64,000 nucleotides of DNA from an uncultured Tenacibaculum sp. (GTDB lineage Bacteria > Bacteroidota > Bacteroidia > Flavobacteriales > Flavobacteriaceae): NCBI GenBank assembly GCA_964021635.1, contig CAXHZZ010000001.1:12762-76761 (forward strand), written 5' to 3'. Below are positions 31,101 through 43,100 of this stretch, one piece after another. Under the pieces are notes generated by a model that saw only the letters and a program-made list of their open reading frames with translations, had not been told where the DNA came from and did no database searches. The first letter of the stretch is position 1. Each line of letters starts with the position of its first letter. Both the position numbers and the translations under genes were made by a program.

Positions 31101-34100
31101 CAACTTTTAGTAATGCTGTAACTTATAATTGTGACGGAACAGGAACAATAACTTTAACGCAATTAACACCAGCCGCAGCAGGAACTTATAATTATACATT
31201 AGGAGGAACAACCAATACTACTGGTATTTTTAGTGGTTTATCGGATGGAACTTATGTTGTTAGTATTGATTACGGAAGTAGTTGTACAACAACGGTTGAT
31301 AATATTACTGTTTTAGATAATCAAGAGTTTACAGCACAAGTAACCGACCAATCGAATCCTGTTTGTATAGGAAATACTAACGGAAGTATAGAAGTAACTG
31401 CTTATTTCCCAGCACCAACAACTTTACCAGCAGATTTTGAATATTCACTAAATGGAGCAGCGTTTACTGCAGCAGCAACAAATCCATTTACAATTTCAGG
31501 CTTAGCAGATAATACATATAACATTGTAGTAAGACCAACAGGTTCAACTACAGATTGTAATATTACATTGGCACCGGTAACTTTATCAGATCCATCAGTA
31601 ATAAATGTAGCAGCATCAGTAACAAAACTAATTACGTGTGATGCAGACCCATTAAACGGAGCAACAATTACCATAACACCAACAACATCAGGTGGAAACG
31701 GAGGTCCTTATACCTATGAATTATTTGATAACGCTACAGGAACTGCACCAGCCGTTCAAACAGGCGCACCTTTTACAGATATCGATACCGCAGGAAATTA
31801 CTGGGTAGTAGCCTCAGATGTAGAGGGTTGTACATCAGCTCCAATTATGGTAACTGTACCAGATGCAATAGTTGTAACATTTACTGTAACGCCAGAAGTT
31901 TGTTATAATGCGACAAGCAATAACGGTACGTTAACAGTAAATATTCTAACAGGTAACGGAAATTATACCTATAGTTTAGATGGTGGAACAACCACGCAAA
32001 CATCAAACATATTTACTGGTTTAACAGACGGTACGTACGATGTAACTGTTACCGATGGCTTTAATTGTACGGCAACAGTAACAGGAGTCGTAATTAATCC
32101 GCAGATAGGAGCCACCGTAGCAACTACCAACGAGAATTGTGAAGATTTAGGGCAAATAACAATTACACCAACAGGAGGAGATGGCAATTACCAATATGTT
32201 GTAACACCAATTGCTCCAACAGCAGGGGCAGTAACTACAAGTACTACAAGCCCAATTAATGTTGCAGCAGGTTCTTATACAGTAAGTGTAAGAGACCAAA
32301 ACGGAGATGCAGGGTTTTGTGAATATACAGAAGATGTAACCATTACCAGAATAGCAGATCCTACGATAGTAGTTACCGAAACGCAGCCAGATTGTAATGG
32401 CGACACAGGTTCTGTAAGTATTGCTATTAGTAACGGAACAGCAGATTATACAACGACAATAACATTACAAGGCGCACCAGGTACAGAACAAACATCAGGT
32501 GCATCATCAGATGTTAGCGTTTCTTTTAATGGTTTAGCTAACGGAACCTATGATATTGAGACTACGGATGCTAATGGATGTACAGATACAGCAGAAATTA
32601 CAATTGCTGCACCAAATCCATTATCAGGAGATTCAAGAGAATCACAAATTTATACGTGTGCTCAATTAGGAGAAATCACTGTAGAAAATGTAACAGGAGG
32701 AACAGCACCATACACCTATACTTTAAGTGATGGAACCACTTCTACAGCATTTACAACAGACACGGTAACTTTTGATTACACATTTGAAGATTTAACAGAC
32801 GGAACATATACTGTAACAATAACAGATGCAAATAGCTGTAGTTTTACGGTAACGCCAGATATTACCATTGCACCATTACCAGAGGAGCCAACTTTTAGTA
32901 ATGCTGTAACTTATAATTGTGACGGAACAGGAACAATAACTTTAACGCAATTAACACCAGCCGCAGCAGGAACTTATAATTATACATTAGGAGGAACAAC
33001 CAATACTACTGGTATTTTTAGTGGTTTATCGGATGGAACTTATGTTGTTAGTATTGATTACGGAAGTAGTTGTACAACAACGGTTGATAATATTACTGTT
33101 TTAGATAATCAAGAGTTTACAGCACAAGTAACCGACCAATCGAATCCTGTTTGTATAGGAAATACTAACGGAAGTATAGAAGTAACTGCTTATTTCCCAG
33201 CACCAACAACTTTACCAGCAGATTTTGAATATTCACTAAATGGAGCAGCGTTTACTGCAGCAGCAACAAATCCATTTACAATTTCAGGCTTAGCAGATAA
33301 TACATATAACATTGTAGTAAGACCAACAGGTTCAACTACAGATTGTAATATTACATTGGCACCGGTAACTTTATCAGATCCATCAGTAATAAATGTAGCA
33401 GCATCAGTAACAAAACTAATTACGTGTGATGCAGACCCATTAAACGGAGCAACAATTACCATAACACCAACAACATCAGGTGGAAACGGAGGTCCTTATA
33501 CCTATGAATTATTTGATAACGCTACAGGAACTGCACCAGCCGTTCAAACAGGCGCACCTTTTACAGATATCGATACCGCAGGAAATTACTGGGTAGTAGC
33601 AATCGATTCAGAAAGCTGTCGTTCAATACCATTTCAAGTTAATGTACCAGTAAGGGAAACAATTGTATTTACAGCAACTCCACAATGTTACGATGGGGCT
33701 AACGGAATTATAGATTTAGATGTTACCGATGGTAACGGAACTTACGAGTACAGTTTAGACGGTACTAACTTTACGCCATTTGCACCTGCCAATGCTACAA
33801 CATTTAGCATTACAGGTTTATCTAATATTGCCTATACGGTAACTATTAGAGATATTGCTGGTTGTACAGAAGTTGCCAACGTTACTATAAACGATGCTTT
33901 AGTTGCCTCGGCAACACCAACAGATATAAGTTGTAATGACGGCCAAATACTAGTAAGCCCAACAGGTGGTTCTGGTACATATGAATTCTCAGCAGTGCCA
34001 GATGGTAATGCTGCAGGAGCATTTTCAGCAACAAACCCTATTGTAATTACGGCAGCTGGTACATACGATGTATATGTGCAAGACGATGCTGGTTGTGAAT

Positions 34101-37100
34101 ATATAGTACAAGATGTTATTGTAAATGCTATAACACCAGTAGCAATTACAGCTACCCCAAATCAACCAGTATGTAATGGTGATTTAGGTAGTATAGACGG
34201 TGTTATAACAGCCAATACAGGGCAAGGACCATTTACAATTACTATTACAAATAGCGCAGCTGTTTTAGTAGAAACTATAAGTAATTTTTCAGGAACTAAT
34301 TTTAGTTTTAATAATTTACCTGCAGAAAGTTATACAATTTCAATTACTGATGCTTTAGGTTGTACAGATACCATAAGCCCAGCAATTGAATTGGTAGATC
34401 CTACACCTATAGTAATAAATATAGAACCTGTTTTGCCACCTGATTGTGTTGTTGCAGATCCTGTTAATACTGGTTTCGATTTTAATTTTGGAAGTTTAAC
34501 ATTAGCAGATTACACACCTTATACATTAGAATATTCTTTAGATAACGGAGCTACTTGGACTGCTATGTCATCATTAGCAACTTCAGTTGTAGCTGGTGAT
34601 AATTTATATAGTGTTAGAGGTTTAGTTCAAGGTCAAACATATTATCCATCAATAAGGATTGTTGATGGTGGCGCAACACGTTGTCAATTAGACAATGGTA
34701 TTTTTGTGATGCCTTTTCAAGTAGCAGGTATTGTTGTTCAAATTACTCCTGGTGGAGATTGTGTTACTGGTTATACAATAGAAGTTGTAGCGGAGGGAGG
34801 AAATGGACCTTTTGAATTTGGAATTAGTACTGATGATCCTATAAATACAAATATTTGGTATGGAGCTCTTCAACCAGGGCCAGTAGATTTAGATCCAGGT
34901 AATCTTAATTCTGATTTTAGAAGATATGTTTTTTCTGATATAATACCTGGATTAAATTATTTGTTTTATGTAAGAGATACAGATACAAATTGTATTCAAA
35001 CAAATGATCCAGACATTCCGATTATATTTCCTGATTCAAATTTCGATGTAAATATCACACCAACAGCATCAAGTCAAGCTTGTAGTGCAGCTAATAACGG
35101 TTCTTTATCTTTTGAAATAGAGGATACAGATGGTGTTTTAGCAGGTGAAGATGTAAATTGGCAATTATACGATGGTGTAACAGATAGTCCAATTGCAGGT
35201 ATTAATGGCACATTAACAGCACCAATAACGTATCCGTTTACTTTAGACGGGTCGGTACCAGGAGCCGGTGGGTTAGATGGTTTATCATCTGGTTTATATT
35301 TCGTAGTAATTGAAGTTGATGCAGGTGCCCCAACTGCATGTCAGTGGGCAAGTGGTGATATAGAAATAATAGAAACACAACCTATATCCGCAGATTTATC
35401 AGTAGTAAGTAATATAACATGTAGTACAAATGGAGTTGTAAGAATTGATAATGTTACAGGAGGAACAGCGCCTTATACCTATACCGTGGCTGGAGCAACT
35501 AATTTTGTAACAACAGATGCTGTTGTAACCGGTAATACAATAGAATTTGGGTACGCAGATGTAACAGATACAACTTTAGATGTTACCAACATAACAGTTA
35601 CCGTTACAGATAGTAATGGTAATAGTTGTGCAACAACAGTTGGTCCGGTAGATTTAACTGTAAGTCAACCACCAGTAATTGTAAGTACAACACCAAACAG
35701 TTGTGACGCTAACAAAACAATTACAGTAAGAGTTAATAGTGGTACAGGTCCTTATCAATTCTCTGTAGATGGCGGAACATTTAGCAGTGCAATTGCTTTA
35801 GATGGTGGTTTAGGATATGCAGAATTTATTGCACAAAACTTAACACCAGGAAACCATGTAATTACTGTAAGAGATGCTAACGGATGTACGGTTGATACAA
35901 ATGCAGATATTCAACCAGATTTAGAATATGAAGTTAATTTAACTAAAAACTTAACGTGTGATACTCCGTCTCCGGCAAACGAAGCAACCTACGAAATAGA
36001 TAATGTAACAGGTAGTGGAACTTATACGTATCTAATTACGAGAGATGATAGTGGAGCAAATACCGTTGTAGTTACAGCAGGTACGGCTTTACCAGCAACA
36101 CCTTTTACTTTTAGCACTGCAACAGCTGATGTATACACCATAACAATTACAGATACTGCAGAAGGTTGTACAAATACAAAAGTATTTACCGTAGCACCAG
36201 CCGTACTACCAATTTTTACAACAAGCGTAACAAACGCTACTTGTGATGGAAGTGCCACAGGAAGTATCGCAGTAGATGTAACCGGAGGCTTAACACCATA
36301 TACATATAGTATTGTTAAAACAGATTTACCAGCTTTAGGCGCAGGATTAGCAACATGGGATGCGGCAAGCAATTCATTTATCAATGTACCAGCCGGAGAA
36401 TATACGGTAACAGTTACAGGAGATAATGCATGTTCAACTGATGAAACAGGTATTTTAGTAGAAGATAATGATGTATTAACAGTAAACGCACCAACACCAG
36501 TTCAGTTTGGATGTACAACAGGAAACACTGTAAACAATGCAACATTAAGTATAAGAGCAGAAGATACATTTGGAGTTTCAGGAGGAACAGGTACTTATAC
36601 AACTGTAGAATTATACCAAGATGTTAACTTAGATAGTCCAGCAACTACAACAGATGATGTTTTAGTAAACACGGTAACAGTAACCGGTACAACGTATGAA
36701 TTTTCAATAAGCGATCTTGCGGGCGGTAGCTATTATGTGCGTATTGTAGATAGTGCTAATTGTGAAGCAGTATCAGCATCAACAGATATAAATGCTTTTG
36801 AACCTATTGAAGATATCAATATTACTTCAGTAAAAGATATCGATTGTGCCACAGGAGAAAATATTGAAGTAAAAACAAGTACAGATATTGCAAATGTTAC
36901 TTATAATATTACAAATGCACCAGGAGCATATGCCGGATCAACAACTGAAACAGCGGTATTAGCTACAGATTCAGTAAGTTTTACAGATTTACCAACAGGT
37001 TCGTATACCATAACAGCAACATACCCAGTAACAGGTTGTGTGTTTACAAAAACGTATACCGTAGGTACGGCACCAGACTTTACAGTAATTGCAAACAATC

Positions 37101-40100
37101 CGCAAGCAACATGTTTCGGAGCAAGTGGTGGAAGTATTGACATTAGTTTTGATGCAAGTACATTATATGCAGGTGATTACACGTATGTTGTTATGGACGA
37201 TAATGGTACCCCAGGTAATTTATTAGATGATAATGATATAACTGCAACAACAACAGCAGATGGAATAGGAGTAGGAAATACAGTTGAAACTATTGGAGGC
37301 TTATTAGCTACACCAGTAGGATTTAATTATTACGTAATAATTACAATGACTGATACACCTTTCTGTACAGAGCGAACAAATGAGTTTACAATAACCCAAC
37401 CTACTGCAGCAATTACTGTAACAGGAGTTGTAGACCCAGGAGTAAGTTGTGAGGGCCTTTCTGATGCAACAATTACAGCAACAGGAGCAAACGGTTTTGG
37501 CGGATACACGTATCAGTTAGAAGATACAGCAACCAATGCTGTAATAGCAGCGTTTGATTTTGCAACCAACGGAACAAACAATGTGTTTACAGGTTTACCA
37601 GCAGGAGATTATACCATACGAGTACGAGATGTAAACGATTGTGAAGGAACATCAGCAGCCGTAATAGTTGCCGATCCAGATCCTGTAAGTTTTACAGTAG
37701 ATGAGACAGACAATGCTTGTGATACCAATGTAGGTGGAAGCATTGAAGTAATAGCCGAAGGCGGAACAGGAACATATACATATACTTTATCAAATGGTTC
37801 AGGTGTTGTGTCTACTCAAGTTGTAACTATAATAGCACCAGCAACCACAGAAACATATACATTTAGTAGTTTAACTGCTGATACTTATACAGTAAGTGTA
37901 ACCGACTCAAACGGATGTGCGCAACAAGCACCGGTAGATGTAATAATAAGTGAAAACTTAATTTTTACGTTAGATGAAACCAAGAACTTAACATGTAATG
38001 CACCAACGGCAGCAGAAGTTGTTATAGAAGTAGCATCAGGTTCAGGTACATATACGTATGGAATTACAGGGCCAAGTGCTACAGTTGCATCAGGAGCAGC
38101 TTTTACAAGTCCATTAACTTTCAATCCAACAGCAGTAGGAACATATACGGTAACAATAACGGATACAGCATCAACACCAAACTGTTCGGTAACAAGAACA
38201 ATTGATATTGCAGCGGCCGTTCTACCAATTTTCACAACATCTGTAACAGATGCAACGTGTAATGGAGGTGCCAACGGAAGTATAGCTGTTGCTGTAACAG
38301 CAGGCTTAACGCCGTTAGCATATAGTATTGTTCAAACAGCAGGAAGCGGTTTAGTAGCAGGACAAGCTACATGGGATGCGGCAAGCAATTCATTTATCAA
38401 TGTACCAGCAGGAGAGTATACGGTAAGAGTTACAGGAGATAATGACTGTTTTACAGAAGAAGCAGATATTGTTGTAGCAGATAACCCAATACTAACAGTA
38501 ACAGCACCAGCTGCAGTTCAGTTTGGTTGTACAACAGGCAATGATGTAAACAATGCTACCTTAAGTATTGATACTTCTTCGGATGTAGGAGGAGGAAGTT
38601 TATCTTATACAATAGTAGAGTTGTATAATGATAACGGAACCCCAGCTGATTTAACAGATGATGTTTTAGTAAACACGGTAACAGTAACCGGTACAACGTA
38701 TGAATTTTCAATAAGCGATCTTGCGGGCGGTAGCTATTATGTGCGTATTGTAGATAGTGCTAATTGTGAAGCAGTATCAGCATCAACAGATATAAATGCT
38801 TTTGAACCTATTGAAGATATCAATATTACTTCAGTAAAAGATATCGATTGTGCCACAGGAGAAAATATTGAAGTAAAAACAAGTACAGATATTGCAAATG
38901 TTACTTATAATATTACAAATGCACCAGGAGCATATGCCGGATCAACAACTGAAACAGCGGTATTAGCTACAGATTCAGTAAGTTTTACAGATTTACCAAC
39001 AGGTTCGTATACCATAACAGCAACATACCCAGTAACAGGTTGTGTGTTTACAAAAACGTATACCGTAGGTACGGCACCAGACTTTACAGTAATTGCAAAC
39101 AATCCGCAAGCAACATGTTTCGGAGCAAGTGGTGGAAGTATTGACATTAGTTTTGATGCAAGTACATTATATGCAGGTGATTACACGTATGTTGTTATGG
39201 ACGATAATGGTACCCCAGGTAATTTATTAGATGATAATGATATAACTGCAACAACAACAGCAGATGGAATAGGAGTAGGAAATACAGTTGAAACTATTGG
39301 AGGCTTATTAGCTACACCAGTAGGATTTAATTATTACGTAATAATTACAATGACTGATACACCTTTCTGTACAGAGCGAACAAATGAGTTTACAATAACC
39401 CAACCTACTGCAGCAATTACTGTAACAGGAGTTGTAGACCCAGGAGTAAGTTGTGAGGGCCTTTCTGATGCAACAATTACAGCAACAGGAGCAAACGGTT
39501 TTGGCGGATACACGTATCAGTTAGAAGATACAGCAACCAATGCTGTAATAGCAGCGTTTGATTTTGCAACCAACGGAACAAACAATGTGTTTACAGGTTT
39601 ACCAGCAGGAGATTATACCATACGAGTACGAGATGTAAACGATTGTGAAGGAACATCAGCAGCCGTAATAGTTGCCGATCCAGATCCTGTAAGTTTTACA
39701 GTAGATGAGACAGACAATGCTTGTGATACCAATGTAGGTGGAAGCATTGAAGTAATAGCCGAAGGCGGAACAGGAACATATACATATACTTTATCAAATG
39801 GTTCAGGTGTTGTGTCTACTCAAGTTGTAACTATAATAGCACCAGCAACCACAGAAACATATACATTTAGTAGTTTAACTGCTGATACTTATACAGTAAG
39901 TGTAACCGACTCAAACGGATGTGCGCAACAAGCACCGGTAGATGTAATAATAAGTGAAAACTTAATTTTTACGTTAGATGAAACCAAGAACTTAACATGT
40001 AATGCACCAACGGCAGCAGAAGTTGTTATAGAAGTAGCATCAGGTTCAGGTACATATACGTATGGAATTACAGGGCCAAGTGCTACAGTTGCATCAGGAG

Positions 40101-43100
40101 CAGCTTTTACAAGTCCATTAACTTTCAATCCAACAGCAGTAGGAACGTATACGGTAACAATAACGGATACCGCATCAACACCAAACTGTTCGGTAACAAG
40201 AACAATTGATATTGAAGCGGCTACAATACCAAGTTTTACAGCATCAGTAATTACAGATAATATTTGTAACGCTGCATCAAACGGAGCGATACGTGTAACG
40301 GCTATAGAGAATGGTATTTCGCCATTAACCTATACAATTTCACCGAGCGTTGGTACTTTTGACACAGCAACAAATACATTTGAAGGTTTACCAGCAGGTA
40401 CATACACGATAACCGCAACAGGTGATAATGGTTGCCCTTTTGATGTGATAGAAACTATAAATGAAAATCCAATTATTGATATTTCAGGAGCAGTTACCGT
40501 AACAGATTTCGATTGTGCTGTAGGAACAAATACTACTAATAATGCAACCGTATCTGTTGATACAACAGGAGCAGGTGGTACAGGTGATTTTGTAAGAGCA
40601 ATATTTGTATATGATAATGGTACGCCAGCAGATACATCAGATGATATAACACAAGATAGTGGTGTATTTAATTTTACAATAACAAACGAAGCAGGTGGTG
40701 AAGTAACCGTAACAGTTTTTGATAGCAACAACTGTTCTGATTCAGCAACAAGAACAATTGCGCCTTTCGCAAGAATAACTGCAGTAACAATTACTCCAGA
40801 CAGAGCGATTGATTGTAATGAAGGTGAAGATATTTTAGCAACCTATACAAGTACATTGCCTATAGCAAATGTTGAGTACAGGTTATATAATAATACATCA
40901 AATGCATTATTAGAAACAAGAGCAGTTGATGGTGATTTTGTTACCTTATTACCAACAGGAGTTTACAGAATAGAAGTTGAAAATACCGACACAAATTGTG
41001 TGTTTACAGAATTTTATACCGTAAACGATGCGCCAGTATTCGATTTAATTATTGATAATATTCAACGTGCATGTTTTAATGGTACAGCAAGTGTAGATGT
41101 AAGCTTTAGTCCAACATCAACCTACGGTGGCGATTATACATATGAAGTGTTTAATGTTGGTGGTGTAACTACAGGTATTACAGGAGCAGGAGTAGGAACC
41201 ACAGCAACGACCATTACAGGTTTAGCTGCAGGTAATTACTATGTAACAATTTCGATGATTGATACACCATTCTGTTCACCAGAATCGAACCCTTTCGAAA
41301 TTGTACAGCCAACGGTTGATTTAGCATTGTCAGAAGAATTAACGTACATAAAATGTACGCCAACAGATTCTGGTCAAGTTAGTTTAACTGCAACAGGTGG
41401 TTGGGGAGTTTATGAATATGAGTTGGTAAACAATACAACAGGAAATACTATTCAGGCTTTCGATACTAATGCAGTAATTACAGGCTTAATAGCAGGAGAT
41501 TATACTGCAACAGTAAGAGATGCTAATAACTGTATAGAAGCAATCACTTTTACTTTAGACGATGGTATACCAATAACAGGTACATTTACAGTAACACCAA
41601 ATGTTTGTATTGATGAAAGTACGGCAACCATTACTGTAACACCAGACCCTTTAACAGGTCAAGTACAAGCAGCGCCATTAACGTATTCTTATATATTAGA
41701 ATATCCTGACGGAACAAGAACAGCGAGTCAGTCATCAAATACGTTCACTAATTTACCAGCAGGTATTGGGTATTATGTATTAGTAGCAGACGGTTATTCT
41801 TGTGACGGTAGAGTTGGACCAATTGATATTGTAGATCCTACAGAAGTAGTAGCATCAGCAGATATTTTATCAGTAATTACTTGTAGTAGTTCAGGATTAG
41901 CAATTGTTGAGGTATCGGGTTCAGGAGGAACAGGGCCTTACGAATTTAGTACAGATGGTATTAATTTTATAGCCGCTAACGCAGCGCCAAATCATAGGTT
42001 TGATCTTCCAGCAGGAGAACATCAACTATATGTAAGAGATAGCGAATCTTGTATATCAGATGCCATAACGGTAAGAATTAATCCGTATACAGATGTAACA
42101 GCAACCTTAGATGTTTCATCGGCATTTATTACTTGTAATGGCGATGCAAACGGGGTGTTAATAGCAGATGCAGAAGGTGGTTTTGGAAACTATGAATACC
42201 AATTAGTAGATGAAAATGACGTTGAAATAAGAACATGGCAAAGTGATAATTCATTTGCAGGTTTAGGTGTTGGTACGTATAAAATTAATGTAAGAAGTAC
42301 CAATGCAGCAGGTGAAGTTTGTAGCACTGTAACGGGTGAGTATCCCATAGCAGAGCCAATAGCATTAACAGGTACAGCTGTTGCTACACAAAATGTAACA
42401 TGTTTTGGAGGTAGTACAGGTATTATTACAGCACAAGGTTTTGATGGAAACGGAGGTTATGAATATAATTTAATCTCGGTACCAGCCAATCCGTTATACC
42501 CAGCAGATAAATTTGTAACAAACGGTGTGTTTGAGAATTTACCTGCAGCAACTTATTATGTAACTATAAAAGACGTGATAGGATGTACAATTGTACCACC
42601 TATTGAAGTTGTTATAACTGAACCAGATGCATTACAAATAAGTTTAAATAGTGTAACGCAGCAAACATGTTTAGATGATCCAGCACCAACAATTAGCGTT
42701 GATGTACAAGGAGGAACATTACCTTACTTTATTAGTATTAATAATGTTGAAATAGCAACGCCATATAATACAGGTACCATTAGTTTAGGTGCTGCAGAAG
42801 GTATAGAAGATGATACGGTATATGTAATTAGTGTAAGAGATAGTGGTGGCGGATGTCCTTCAGTAGCTTTACCAGCCATTACAACAGATCAAGCAATAGA
42901 CCTTGATTTAACAGTAGATTGGGAGTATACTTGTCCGGTAGGAAATATTATTGTAGCAATTGTTGCCGATCAATATAAGAATAACATGTCTTATACGTTA
43001 TATGATGGAGCAGGTAATGCTGTTGCAACAAATACAACAGGTGAATTTGTTGATGTAGCTGCAGGTAATGGTTATACGGTTACAGCAACAAACACAACGT

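Noticed and set aside
36649-40214. Repeat pairs as template/variable regions of a diversity-generating retroelement (both visible differences are at A in copy 1)
   Set aside because: No reverse transcriptase in the window. The repeats are 1.5 kb coding blocks, and there are only two synonymous third-position differences.
29737-40731. Many antisense ORFs within sprB (e.g. 31402-31674, 36022-36384, 37885-38274, 40330-40731)
   Set aside because: Shadow ORFs caused by Thr/Ala/Gly/Val codon bias; they duplicate along with the repeats.
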